NCBI GenBank assembly: GCA_963706955.1 | Contig: CAVPOC010000008.1 | Location: 256,001-320,000 of the forward strand | DNA length: 64,000 nucleotides | DNA from: an uncultured Verrucomicrobiae bacterium | Lineage (GTDB): Bacteria; Verrucomicrobiota; Verrucomicrobiia; Chthoniobacterales; Terrimicrobiaceae | Direction of reading: 5' to 3' | In this document: positions 48,855-58,991 of the stretch, in pieces | Position numbering within the stretch: position 1 is the stretch's first letter | How the letters are laid out: each line of letters begins with the position of its first letter | The notes under the pieces: generated by a model | What the model saw: only the letters and a program-made list of their open reading frames with translations | What the model was told of the DNA's origin: nothing | Databases searched by the model: none | Program-made: the position numbers and the translations under genes

Positions 48855-51800
48855 TCACTGGAAGGGCGAGAGGACCGTGCCGGGGATAACTTCGCTTGGC
48901 GTTGACGTGGATTGGCCCGGTTTTGCCCAACCTACCGCTAGGTTATCATTTCCGGTGCCCTCCTTATGCAACGCTTCCACGTAGTACATCTGGCCTTGGA
49001 CAAGGCTGATGGCTGCAGATCTTTGGTTGGACTGCTTCGTCCATTGGCGCGGATTCGTCGCGCTGGTAACACGGGCGATTCTTCGTTTGTTCGCGGGATT
49101 GCTGTCTGTGGATAGCCACAGCTCGCTCGCATTATCGCTGGCAATCCAAAATCTATAGCTGCCCGTCGCGGGCGCCGTGATGTACCCGCGCACGCGTGTG
49201 CCATAGTTGTCGGCCCAGTTGCTCGGCGCCTCGAAACTTGTTAGAGTGTCGGTTAAAGTCGGAACCGCGCCCGTCGGAATGTTGGCAACACTGTCACCGA
49301 TGATTCCCGTCCAAACCTCCCGCGTAAGGGCGCCGGTCGTCCGGAGCGCACTCTGCGGGATCGGCTGATCTGCTTGTCCCGGATAGCTCCAACGCAGGCG
49401 AGCTACAGCATCACTCTCGTGCTCGTAATAATGCACTTCGACATTGTACAGTGTATTCGCGGTCAGTGTAATCGGGTTGGTTGAGTACGTCGCCGCTCCC
49501 TGGTCTCTCCAGCCGTCGATCAGCTTGGCGCCGTTGAGAAAGAAACGTACTCCGTCGTCGCCAACCACGGTGAAAGTATAATTTCCGGTGACAGGCGCCT
49601 TTATCTTACCAGTCCATTTCACTGAGAAGAAATTTGGGGTCACCGCAGAACCTGGTGAACCACTGCCCCAGTTGAAATCGACAACAGTGTCAGTGCGCGT
49701 CAGCACCGGCGAGCCCGCGAATGGGTTGACCAATGGATACGCCGCGTTACTAGCGTCATTATAGTATTCTCCTCGCAGTCCGGTGCCTGGGCCGCCAATC
49801 GCAGAAAACATCGCTGCCAGGGACGCATTTCGCGCAGGCATTGTCGCCGTGGTGGACGGTGCCTGGCTGCTTAGGATACTCGTGTCGCCCGTCCAGCCAA
49901 CAAACTGCTGGCCCGGCGGCACGGTTGCACTCACGTTAACGGGAGTGTTAGCCGCATAGGCGCCGCCGCCCGTACCGCCGGTTACCGTTAGAGTGTAGGT
50001 CGGAACAATATTGATCGTATAAGTTCCGCTTGTCACGGAGCTGTCGGTCATGCCCGTCTTAAAGGCGATCGCCTTCAGCGTTGTCGTGCTGCTTACCGGC
50101 ACCGGGCCGCTGTAAAGGGTGCCGGTAGAGGAAGTGGGCGGCGTAGAGCCATCTGTGGTATAGCGAATGAATGCACCCGCCTCGGCCGAAGTGATCGCCA
50201 CCGATTGTGCACCCGAGTAAATGCCCGGAGCGGGATTGAAGGTCGGCGCCGGGACCTGTTGCTGACCCGCAGGGGGATAGAGTTGACCCTGTGGAATGGC
50301 TTGGGTGCTCTGTCCGAGGTAGCTCCACTGCAATCGGCAGGCGGCGTCGCCCTCGTGTTCATAGTAGTGCAGCTCGATATTGTATAGTGTATTCGCCGTC
50401 AGAGTAGTCGGGGTGGATGAATAAGGCGTCGCACCCTGATCCCTCCAGCCATCAATGACCTTGACACCATTTATGAACAGGCGCACTCCATCATCACCGG
50501 TGACCGTAAACGTGTAGCTCGCCGAGGCCGGCGCTTTCACCTGACCGGTCCACTTCGCGGAGAAGAAATTCGACGTTACCGGGGAGCCCGGCGAACCGGT
50601 CCCCCAGTTGAAATCTACTGTCGCATCCGTGCGGGTCAGCACCGGCGAACCCGCGAACGGATTGGCCAGCGGATACGGCGTACTATTGTTGTCGTTGTAG
50701 TACTGCCCGCGCAGTCCCGTGCTGCCGGCCACGTAAGTCGCCGTGATCGCAACGTCGATCGAAGGAATCCTCGCCGTCGTCGCGGCTCGAGACGCATCCT
50801 GGTCGGCAAGGATCACCGTATCCCCCGTCCAGCCCGCAAAGACTTGTCCGGCAGGTGGCGCGTTTGCCACCACGTTGACCGTGTGCCCGACCGGATAGCT
50901 CCCGCTACCACTACCACCGTTTACGGTGAGCGTGCTCGCTCCATCGTGCCCATAGGTGGCCGTGATGGCAACATCTTGGAAAGGCATTAACGCGGAGGTC
51001 GTCGGCATCAACCAGTTCGCGAGGATTTGCCGATCCCCTGTCCAGGCAAATGCCTCGCCCGGCAACGGCTCCCTTGCGCTCACCAAAACCGAGGTTCCAG
51101 GATCATAGGACCCGCTGCCAGTGCCGTTGTTGACGGTAAGGGTGTACGCTCCGGGTCTGATGTCGTATGTCGCTGTCAGCGTGACGGCGTTGTTGGGCAT
51201 CACGAGCGTAGTGTTCGGCGAACTGACATTGGCCACTCCGGTGGTGTTTCCGGTCCAGGCGGCAAAAACCTTGTTCATGGGCGCTGCCGCCGCGGCGAGA
51301 TTCACCGTTGTTCCCGGGGGGTAGATTCCGTCGCCCGTGCCGTTTATGACGGTCAGGACGTTCCCTGTTCCGCTGCTGCCGGGGACATTTAAAACCCCCT
51401 GGTCAGCGGTTTGCAGGTTCGAGTCGTTCACGCGATACCAGACAATTCTCTGGTTCATATTGTCCTCGACAAAGACGTCAACAAGGCCATCGCGTGGATC
51501 GCGGTTGCAGTTTATAGCCAGATAGGAATCCAACATGCCCACTACCCACGGTTCCCTTTGCGGATCATTAAACTGGGCGGCAGTCTTCATACTGCCGATA
51601 AGCAGACCGTCCTTTGTGTAATGCCCTACCGTGCCTCGACCCGGATCAATCCCAACAAGGACACCGCCCGTAACGCCAGGCGGACCGCCAGGAATGGGGA
51701 CCATTCCAACTGACTGCTTCGGCAGGACGACGCGCCACTTTGGCTGACCCAATGAAGTCGGAGTCGACCCGTTCGGCGGCAGAAATCCAAAAAGCACATT

Positions 51801-53921
51801 CCCGCCCATCCACAGGCCGCCATCTTGCGGGATGCCAGCCTTGTTCGACCAAGCCAACGCGTAAACCATGCCATCGTCTGATCTGCCAACCATCTTCCAC
51901 TCGAAGTTCTCGGTGCCGGCGAGGTTGAGAGCATTTCTTCCCGTGTCGGCATCCGCAACTTTGACAGCGTCCCTCCAGCTATAGATGGGATTTCCAAGGT
52001 TATTCAGACCTTGGCTGCGGATGGCATAGATCGCTTCGGCTTCCCATGGATCGGAAGCATTGGGAAGGTGATTGCGATTGGAGGAGGTCATCCAAAGCCA
52101 GCCCGCATGATCCACTTCAAATGACCGCCGGAACCATGCCGAGTCGGGATGAGGGAGGTAGGGCAGCGCGAGCAGCGTAACCTCGCCGGCCTGGCCGGGA
52201 TCCGACCTCGCTGTGTATTGAATCTGGCCGTCTCCCTGGGTGTCGTTCCATTCCCAGAGATATCGGTTTGCGGGATTCCACGTCTCGTCCCGATGCAAAC
52301 CATCGGGACTCGGCTGGGAGGCCCCAAGCACGGACGCGAGCTTCAGCGTTGGGCCGCGTTCGGCATCCGCTGGAGGCTCAATTCGATAAATGGCCAGAGA
52401 ATCGCCGGCGGGATAATAGTAAAAATCGTTGGTGCCGAACCGCACGATCCGAGGGGGTCCGAGATGCGTGGATTCGTAGTTGCCAAAATACGTCTTGGTG
52501 ACCTCGGTTTTCGCGGTCCCGAGCAACGTCCACGTCCCCGCAGCCTTGTCGACCTGGTAGGCCTTCCGGTAACTTGAGATCAGCAAGTCCGGATTGGCCG
52601 TGCCATAAGTAGCCGAAGAAGAAAACTCCAGGCACATCTGCTGCCAGACCGGAGCGAGCTGTGAATTGATTTTTTGCAGGCGGGAGCCGTCTCCCAATCG
52701 GTCCGAAATATAGATATTTCCAGATGCGTCCATGGCCATTCCGTTGATGGATGACAAGCGTTCCGGCTTTCTGTCGCCGGGCCTCTGCGGCAACCCGTAG
52801 CTGGCCGCCAACGATACCTGTGTGTCGCTGGTTACCGTGTATTTTCGAACCACGCCAATACGATCGGCGACGGCGAGCATGTTTCCCTGGATCGACAGTG
52901 CGCGTACTTCCGTGAGATTAGTAATCGGTGTAGCCAATCGGACCCCCGCAGGCGAATAGACACTCACCTTGGTGTGCTCATGGCCAACCCAGATATTGCC
53001 ATTTGAGGCAATGGCTAGACCGCAGGCAACCGGAACGCCACCAATGGTACTCTGATGGTTGCCCGACACTTTGTCATACTTGAGAATCCGACCGCCAATC
53101 GCGTCGGTAACATACAAACTGCCTCCCTGGACGGCGATCGAGATCAACGGCACTCGCATCACGTCCTTATCCGCTTCGGTCGCGTTTGCAGGATATTCGG
53201 GGGTTGGATATCCGGCACTGGGATATCCGCCGGCACTTCCGTCATAGACCTTAATGCTTCGACCCTGCTGGGTGAAGTTGACCACGCGTTGGCCCTCCGA
53301 TAACTGAGGCGCCAGGTTGATCCGCCAAACCGAAAACTTCGATTTTGTCCGGTCCGTGAGACTATCGGCGTAACCGGTCACATAGGCAAACGAACCGTCC
53401 GCTTCCACTGCAATGCCTTTCAGCAGCGCCTCGCCAATGGGGTGTCCGCTGTTCATCACAGACTTGCCATCTACCGACGACCATCGGATCACGTCAAAGT
53501 GAGGTTCGTCCCAATCGTGCACCGAGTACGGGTTGCCCTGTGAGTCCACTGACACGCCCTCAATCAGGGACGGCACGTGCCCGAACGTAAAGGGCGGCAG
53601 CCCTGTATTGCCGATCACCCCGACATTATTGTATTGGGCACCGTTCCGAAGGACCTTCCATGTGTAACTGCCCGGAGGAACCGGCGTCCCAAAGTCATCC
53701 CGTCCATCCCAGCTGCACTTTACTTCCCCCGCGTTGAACGTTTCCAGCGCCCAGAGCGTCCGCACAATCCTCCCATTGGCATCAAAAATCCCGGCGCTTG
53801 TTAGGCCGCCCTGACTAAGCTGAACAGAAAAGTTTTGCTGCGCATGAAGCGGAACAAAAATGATTACGACGCCGAGCAAAAATAGCGCGAGTCTGCAAGA
53901 TATGGTACCAGGAACCTTCAT
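48855..53921 (-). CDS. 1688-aa secreted multidomain protein: FlgD-Ig, NHL/beta-propeller, four InlB B-repeat-like units, a chitobiase-C/Fn3-associated domain and three PA14 domains
   Basis: Signal peptide, WDGRDDFG, repeated LTVxxGxGxGxY...F..WTGD units, IRYTTDGSTP, GDDGVR (twice) and ASDNASELWLS. Confidence 0.88.
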   Translation of the reverse strand: MKVPGTISCRLALFLLGVVIIFVPLHAQQNFSVQLSQGGLTSAGIFDANGRIVRTLWALETFNAGEVKCSWDGRDDFGTPVPPGSYTWKVLRNGAQYNNVGVIGNTGLPPFTFGHVPSLIEGVSVDSQGNPYSVHDWDEPHFDVIRWSSVDGKSVMNSGHPIGEALLKGIAVEADGSFAYVTGYADSLTDRTKSKFSVWRINLAPQLSEGQRVVNFTQQGRSIKVYDGSAGGYPSAGYPTPEYPANATEADKDVMRVPLISIAVQGGSLYVTDAIGGRILKYDKVSGNHQSTIGGVPVACGLAIASNGNIWVGHEHTKVSVYSPAGVRLATPITNLTEVRALSIQGNMLAVADRIGVVRKYTVTSDTQVSLAASYGLPQRPGDRKPERLSSINGMAMDASGNIYISDRLGDGSRLQKINSQLAPVWQQMCLEFSSSATYGTANPDLLISSYRKAYQVDKAAGTWTLLGTAKTEVTKTYFGNYESTHLGPPRIVRFGTNDFYYYPAGDSLAIYRIEPPADAERGPTLKLASVLGASQPSPDGLHRDETWNPANRYLWEWNDTQGDGQIQYTARSDPGQAGEVTLLALPYLPHPDSAWFRRSFEVDHAGWLWMTSSNRNHLPNASDPWEAEAIYAIRSQGLNNLGNPIYSWRDAVKVADADTGRNALNLAGTENFEWKMVGRSDDGMVYALAWSNKAGIPQDGGLWMGGNVLFGFLPPNGSTPTSLGQPKWRVVLPKQSVGMVPIPGGPPGVTGGVLVGIDPGRGTVGHYTKDGLLIGSMKTAAQFNDPQREPWVVGMLDSYLAINCNRDPRDGLVDVFVEDNMNQRIVWYRVNDSNLQTADQGVLNVPGSSGTGNVLTVINGTGDGIYPPGTTVNLAAAAAPMNKVFAAWTGNTTGVANVSSPNTTLVMPNNAVTLTATYDIRPGAYTLTVNNGTGSGSYDPGTSVLVSAREPLPGEAFAWTGDRQILANWLMPTTSALMPFQDVAITATYGHDGASTLTVNGGSGSGSYPVGHTVNVVANAPPAGQVFAGWTGDTVILADQDASRAATTARIPSIDVAITATYVAGSTGLRGQYYNDNNSTPYPLANPFAGSPVLTRTDATVDFNWGTGSPGSPVTSNFFSAKWTGQVKAPASASYTFTVTGDDGVRLFINGVKVIDGWRDQGATPYSSTPTTLTANTLYNIELHYYEHEGDAACRLQWSYLGQSTQAIPQGQLYPPAGQQQVPAPTFNPAPGIYSGAQSVAITSAEAGAFIRYTTDGSTPPTSSTGTLYSGPVPVSSTTTLKAIAFKTGMTDSSVTSGTYTINIVPTYTLTVTGGTGGGAYAANTPVNVSATVPPGQQFVGWTGDTSILSSQAPSTTATMPARNASLAAMFSAIGGPGTGLRGEYYNDASNAAYPLVNPFAGSPVLTRTDTVVDFNWGSGSPGSAVTPNFFSVKWTGKIKAPVTGNYTFTVVGDDGVRFFLNGAKLIDGWRDQGAATYSTNPITLTANTLYNVEVHYYEHESDAVARLRWSYPGQADQPIPQSALRTTGALTREVWTGIIGDSVANIPTGAVPTLTDTLTSFEAPSNWADNYGTRVRGYITAPATGSYRFWIASDNASELWLSTDSNPANKRRIARVTSATNPRQWTKQSNQRSAAISLVQGQMYYVEALHKEGTGNDNLAVGWAKPGQSTSTPSEVIPGTVLSPFQ

Positions 53922-54058
53922 TAGTTCCGGCTAACTGAAGCTTAGCTGCGGGCGTTTAGTGGGGGGAGCCGCAACTGCACTATAAGTCACATATCTAAAG
54001 CTTGTTTTGCAATTACGCTTGATTGCACAAAGCGCTTGTTTTATAAGACAAAACCGGC

Positions 54059-54946
54059 ATGCATGCTTTCCAAGATGAAAGCTTCCGCCGCAGTCTTTAT
54101 TCGAAAACGCTACGGCAAGAGCTTCATCGGGTCGAGCGAGGGCGCTATCAGCTCAAGGTTCCGCGAAGGCTTGGGCTTTGGGATACCCGCTGTCAGCTTC
54201 CCACCCATCCAATGCCAGAGGTCCTCTTCCAGATCGGAGGCCAGACCGAGCTCGCTCTCCCGCACGAACGATTCACCATAGAACCATGCCAAATCGTGAT
54301 CGTTCCAAGGGGATTACCTCACCAAATCCGCTTGCATGACAATACCACGTCGTCGTGCACGCTAACCGGGACGTTCCTTCCGGATTGCTTCTCATTCCAT
54401 ATCGCTGTCTCTTCTCCGCAGCAGGTGATTGTCAGTCCGGTCGATCACTTTGAATCCAAGGAACATATACGGCTTACCCGCTTCGTGGACGACATTGCGG
54501 CCGCACATGAAGAACTCGGCGATTCGCGTCACCCTCACATTCGCGGTCTTCTCATGGCCTACCTGGCGCTGGCGATTCATTGGGTCGAACCCCACACCGA
54601 TCGCCCGCTCTTGGACGATCCCCCTTTGCTTAGAGAATGTCGACAAAGGATTCAGTCCGAGTTAGCGAATCCCGAGCTCTCTATCGTTTGGCTCGCCCGG
54701 CAGCTTGGCTGTTCGCCCGATCATCTCTCCCGCGCCTTTCACCAGCATAGCGGGATGCGTCTCAGTCGATACATCGAAGAGTGTCGTCTTGAGCAGGCGG
54801 TTGAGTTGCTTCAAACTAGTAATCTAAAGATCGCTGCGATCGCCTGGACTTGCGGGTTTAGCTCTCCCTCTTACTTCGATCGTATCTTTATGAAGCTTCG
54901 CGGAACCACCCCTAAGGCCATCCGGGATGGATCGCAGTCTAATTAG
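54059..54946 (+). CDS. AraC-family transcriptional regulator
   Basis: Cupin-like N-terminus (VPRGLPH) and C-terminal LARQLGCSPDHLSRAF...IAWTCGFSSPSYFDRIF...GTTP. Confidence 0.93.
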   Translation: MHAFQDESFRRSLYSKTLRQELHRVERGRYQLKVPRRLGLWDTRCQLPTHPMPEVLFQIGGQTELALPHERFTIEPCQIVIVPRGLPHQIRLHDNTTSSCTLTGTFLPDCFSFHIAVSSPQQVIVSPVDHFESKEHIRLTRFVDDIAAAHEELGDSRHPHIRGLLMAYLALAIHWVEPHTDRPLLDDPPLLRECRQRIQSELANPELSIVWLARQLGCSPDHLSRAFHQHSGMRLSRYIEECRLEQAVELLQTSNLKIAAIAWTCGFSSPSYFDRIFMKLRGTTPKAIRDGSQSN

Positions 54947-54973
54947 CCTTCGCGCTTTTCTGTGAACGGACTA

Positions 54974-55018
54974 CGGACCTCAAAAACCGTTTTCGGACCT
55001 CTAAAACGGTCTCCGGAC
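54974..55018. repeat. 20-bp-period tandem direct repeat with an internal inverted repeat
   Basis: CGGACCTCAAAAACCGTTTT / CGGACCTCTAAAACGGTCTC / CGGAC. Confidence 0.7.
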
Positions 55019-55336
55019 GAGCTGTGCATATGAACGGCCAGTGCAGTAGAGTCGCGCGCGGCGCATTTCGCGCAGAGTTCGCTTAGCTGCGCGATATAAC
55101 GCATGGAAGCAGCAAATGTCTAATACCGCTTTTCTTGCCGGTCAGTTGGGACGCTTCATTGGCTTGAGACCCTCTAAATTCCTAAAAAATCCCAAGCAAA
55201 CTTGGCCAAACGGCTGTTGAAGCCGGCCTGGGTTCTCGGCGCCTTAACTTTGGAGTCGGCTTGCAAGCAATAGCTGCCATCAACCGTCCGCCCTTTTCCA
55301 AGGAACTCATATTTTCGGGTGCAGCAAGGACGTCGG

Positions 55337-56377
55337 TTATTCAATCTCCCGTATCTTCCCGCCACTGGCGCGGACGATGGATGAGATCTCGCGCTTGTCA
55401 TCAGGCTTCATTTCGAAACCCACGAAATTCAGCACGCAGCCAGTTTTGCCTTGCAACGGTCCCTTGACCACTCGCTGAAGTTCCTTCCAAGGAACATCGC
55501 TTAGAGTTCCATCTTCCTTCCATTGAAAGCTTGCGTCCGAGATCAAAAAGACGACATCCGGCAACATGCGCACCGCCAATTCGAACACCCCCACCACACC
55601 TCGCGGATTTCTCGAGACGGTGCCCGAAGCGGGCATCGTTCCCGTTTCCACCCATTCCTCTTCGATCCAGCTCTTCGCCTTCGAGCGGTTCGAGTCGGTA
55701 GCCGGAATTAGTTCCTCACCAAAAGCCTTGAAATTTTGGGTGAATTGAATGATCCCGAAGCGAGCATTGATCGGCAATTGGTGGAGCAACGCGATGGTCT
55801 CCTCTTTGATTTTGCTGAGGGAGACTCCACGTTTGCGTGCCTTGTTCAACACGCTTGCCGACACATCGAAGATCAAGAGGATCCGTTTGCCGGTCGACTC
55901 GATTCCCATGAAGCTGAAGCTTGACTTGATCCCGCCAGGTCCACCACCTCCCACCACGCCAGCCGCCATGCCGCTGCCGAGTCCGGCGGTCCCAGTCAAG
56001 GTTGCCACTTGATCGGCAAGAATCTCCGCGGGATCGAGGGGCAACAATTCATCCAGGGGCAGCTTCGGAACTTCAGGGAGGGCCAGGGGTCCAGGGCGAA
56101 GACTTTGCAACTTATCCGTGAAACTCGGCTTCGGAGCCATCCCATCAAACGCCGCCATATTCATGCTGTGCTCGCGGTCTTGCACTGGGACGCGGATGTC
56201 CTTGGTTACGGTGAACTCCGCCGCAGGTTCTGCGAGAAATCGAGCGATGATGACAATGCCGGCGATGATGCCAGCGGCCACATGGATTCCGACGCTCGCC
56301 AGCACGACCACCAAAACAATACGCCTCCGCTGTTCCTGACGGACAATCTCCGGATTGGATGCGACTATGGCAGCCAT
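55337..56377 (-). CDS. Membrane-anchored protein with an SxxxH TM helix, Pro/Gly-rich linker and C-terminal vWA domain
   Basis: RRR-IVLVVVLASVGIH TM, Pro-rich then Gly-rich linker, MIDAS FDVSAS, GT and FLISD. Confidence 0.82.
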   Translation of the reverse strand: MAAIVASNPEIVRQEQRRRIVLVVVLASVGIHVAAGIIAGIVIIARFLAEPAAEFTVTKDIRVPVQDREHSMNMAAFDGMAPKPSFTDKLQSLRPGPLALPEVPKLPLDELLPLDPAEILADQVATLTGTAGLGSGMAAGVVGGGGPGGIKSSFSFMGIESTGKRILLIFDVSASVLNKARKRGVSLSKIKEETIALLHQLPINARFGIIQFTQNFKAFGEELIPATDSNRSKAKSWIEEEWVETGTMPASGTVSRNPRGVVGVFELAVRMLPDVVFLISDASFQWKEDGTLSDVPWKELQRVVKGPLQGKTGCVLNFVGFEMKPDDKREISSIVRASGGKIREIE

Positions 56378-56811
56378 TATTCCTCTTCCGACGCCGCGAA
56401 GGTGACGCCACGGATACCTGCGCGCGCACATGCGTTGAGGACATCGACAATACGCTGGTGCTCCGAATTATCAGCGGCATCAACCGTGATCAGGGCTTCG
56501 CTCTTGTTAGCTTCAACGGTTTCTTTAAACCGCGTCAGGGTCTTTAGCAGAGCAGGCAGTTCCCGGCTCTGCGGTTCGTCCATTAGCAGATCGTTGAGCA
56601 CAATTTGGCCATCCTCGAGAATGCTGATGCGCTGCTCATCAGGGATCTCCAGACTCTCCTCCTGCGCGACCGTTCCCGGCAGCGTCATGTTGATGTCGGC
56701 TTCCGGCTGAACCGGTTTCGCGGTCAAAATGTAAAAGAAAAGCAGAAGAAAGCAGACGTCGATCATCGGCGCGATCTGCATTTCGATCTGGGGGTGTTCG
56801 GTTCTCCTCAC
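56377..56811 (-). CDS. ExbD/TolR family protein
   Basis: QIAPMIDVCFLLLFFYIL with the conserved TM Asp; VDVLNAC..AGI. Confidence 0.92.
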   Translation of the reverse strand: MRRTEHPQIEMQIAPMIDVCFLLLFFYILTAKPVQPEADINMTLPGTVAQEESLEIPDEQRISILEDGQIVLNDLLMDEPQSRELPALLKTLTRFKETVEANKSEALITVDAADNSEHQRIVDVLNACARAGIRGVTFAASEEE

Positions 56812-57242
56812 GGCTGGCGAACTCCAAAAATTACTTCGATCGCACCTGCGTCGCTGGCGATGCGCATGACTTCCTTGATCTGTTTGCCTGGCGTCTTCGC
56901 ATCGGCCCGAATGTAGAGTTTGAGGGGCGGATAATCCTGGAAGCGCTGCTGAAGATGACCGGTCAGCTCTTTGGAAGAGACCGGCTGATTGCCCGAGAAG
57001 AGCTGGCCATTTTCATCAATGTTGATGACGTCGCGATCTCCCATCTCCTCCGGAATTTTTCCGGATGCCGCCGTGGGAACGCTGATATCGAGAAGTTTGG
57101 TATCCTTGGTGAGCTTGCCGGAAAGCATGAAAAAGAAGAGGAGAAGCAAGGTCACATCGATCATCGGCGCGATTTGCATGCCGACTTCGTCGTGCTGGAC
57201 CCGGCGCATACGACGGCGTTCCACCGACATCGCAACGCTCAA
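56808..57242 (-). CDS. ExbD/TolR family protein
   Basis: QIAPMIDVTLLLLFFFML and IRAD motifs. Start at 57242 (TTG) or 57230 (ATG). Confidence 0.92.
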   Translation of the reverse strand: MSVAMSVERRRMRRVQHDEVGMQIAPMIDVTLLLLFFFMLSGKLTKDTKLLDISVPTAASGKIPEEMGDRDVINIDENGQLFSGNQPVSSKELTGHLQQRFQDYPPLKLYIRADAKTPGKQIKEVMRIASDAGAIEVIFGVRQP

Positions 57243-58036
57243 GCTTGATCCGGCACTTCTTCCGGCGCGAACTCCTTGGCAGCGACGGTCTGTCGCGCGT
57301 GCGTCGCAGCCTCTACCGCTTCGCCGGTGAACAGGTCCAGAAGATGCGAAAGCGCCTTGTGCACGTCGGCCATGTTGGCGGAAACCTGCCCGCGAAAGAA
57401 AAAGTAGAGGAACATTGCCGGAATCGCGAGGAGGAGGCCTCCTCCCGTAGCCACGAGAGCCTCGCCGATACCCTTGGCCAGGTCGGCCGCTTCCGCCTTA
57501 CCTGCGGTCAGCGCTCCGAAGCTGGTGATCATTCCCGAAACCGTCCCCAGCAAACCGATCATTGGCGCGAGAACGGCAAAAGTGTTCAGATAATTGACCA
57601 CGACCATCATCTTAGTCTCAGAGCGAAAGCAATCGTCGGTGATTGAATTTTCCATGGCGGTCTTGTTGAACATGTCGCGTTCATAGTTTGCCTTGGTCAG
57701 GGCAGTGGCGAGCGCGTGCGTAAACGGGCCTGGGTTCGCCTGGCAATACTCGTAAGCAGAGGCAAGATTTCGTCGCGCCATGAGCTCGCTAAGATGCGTG
57801 ACGATCTGCGCGGGCATCATCTTTGCCTTGCGATACATGAGGGCGCAATAGGTCCCCAAAGCGAGAGTCGCCACCGAACAGAGCGCGATCACATGCATAA
57901 CCGGCCCACCTTCGCGGTATAAATCGAGAAGACTCTTGGTAGTCTCCACTTCGGCTGCCCTGGAAATAACGGGCAGCCCAAAAAGGATAATCAGAGACAG
58001 GCAGAGTGAGGATCTAAGGTTCGATGTCGGTTTCAT
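57239..58036 (-). CDS. MotA/TolQ/ExbB proton-channel family protein
   Basis: GGPVM, APMIGLLGTVSGMI and GIGEALVATGGGLLLAIPA motifs. Confidence 0.94.
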   Translation of the reverse strand: MKPTSNLRSSLCLSLIILFGLPVISRAAEVETTKSLLDLYREGGPVMHVIALCSVATLALGTYCALMYRKAKMMPAQIVTHLSELMARRNLASAYEYCQANPGPFTHALATALTKANYERDMFNKTAMENSITDDCFRSETKMMVVVNYLNTFAVLAPMIGLLGTVSGMITSFGALTAGKAEAADLAKGIGEALVATGGGLLLAIPAMFLYFFFRGQVSANMADVHKALSHLLDLFTGEAVEAATHARQTVAAKEFAPEEVPDQA

Positions 58037-58991
58037 GGTCGTTCTTCACAGCATCGGGGAGAGTGTCGATGAAGGCGGTTGCTCGTTGCGCATAGCTCGT
58101 TTCAGGATAGATAAAGACAAGGTCTCGCGAGACCTCAAGCGCTTGTTTGAAATCGCCGGCCGATTGACAGATCTGCGCGACAGCCCAAAGCCCGCGGGAA
58201 GCCACCTCGCTCTCTGAGCCATAGAAGAGGGCAGGATAGAGGTAGAGCTGGAGCACTTGGTCATACAATCGGTTTCGTTCGGGAATCGCAAAGGGATCTT
58301 CCGCCCAGCGCGGATTGTCGGCTATGAATTTGTCGAAGGCGCGATGAGCCGCCTGAGCGAGAATATACTTGGCTTCGATGAGGACCGCCGGATCTGCCGA
58401 AGTTCGCGCAATTCCCTGCGCCTCGACGACGGCTTCCTGCACGTGATCCGTCGCAATCATCGCACGCAGCCGACCCTGCCTGGCCCGGATCCTCGCGTCC
58501 TCATCCCATGAGTTTGTTTCGATGACCCTGAAGATTTCCAACGCGCGGCCGGCGTTCGCGCGGTCCCCGGCATTCAAGAGAAGGTTTCCATAGCAAATTC
58601 CGATTTGGGCGACGCGCGACTTAGGAATCGAAAGCCAAAGACCTGCCTTATCCCAGAGAGCTTTAATATCGGACATGTCCGTCGCTGTCGCACTCTTCAG
58701 CTTCTGAGCTGGCACTTCATCGGAAGAAAACTCAACTCGCTCGATATGCGATATTGCGACCGTGACCGAGGCAAAGACCGGCGGCGCATCTGCTGATGCC
58801 CCTTGAAGGTGCGGCAGGAATCGCCGCAATCGAATGGTCCGTCCATCAAATCCGGCAATCTTGCCGGCGATGGCCTCGCCTTGGCGCAAGAAGATGGTAT
58901 CCTGTCCACTTTGCGGATCCTGGCTCCGCACGTTCACTGCAAAGAAAAGAGCGAGCATGAACAAGCCAGAAAGAAGTGCCAGGCGGTTCAT
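58014..58991 (-). CDS. Exported protein with a small N-terminal beta domain and TPR-like helices
   Basis: Signal peptide, DTIFLRQGEAIAGKI, and a helical C-terminus (LYLYPALFY, LVFIYPET). Confidence 0.75.
   Translation of the reverse strand: MNRLALLSGLFMLALFFAVNVRSQDPQSGQDTIFLRQGEAIAGKIAGFDGRTIRLRRFLPHLQGASADAPPVFASVTVAISHIERVEFSSDEVPAQKLKSATATDMSDIKALWDKAGLWLSIPKSRVAQIGICYGNLLLNAGDRANAGRALEIFRVIETNSWDEDARIRARQGRLRAMIATDHVQEAVVEAQGIARTSADPAVLIEAKYILAQAAHRAFDKFIADNPRWAEDPFAIPERNRLYDQVLQLYLYPALFYGSESEVASRGLWAVAQICQSAGDFKQALEVSRDLVFIYPETSYAQRATAFIDTLPDAVKNDHETDIEP

Noticed and set aside
54974..55018. CRISPR array
   Set aside because: Only about 2.3 abutting 20-bp units, with no spacers and no cas genes.
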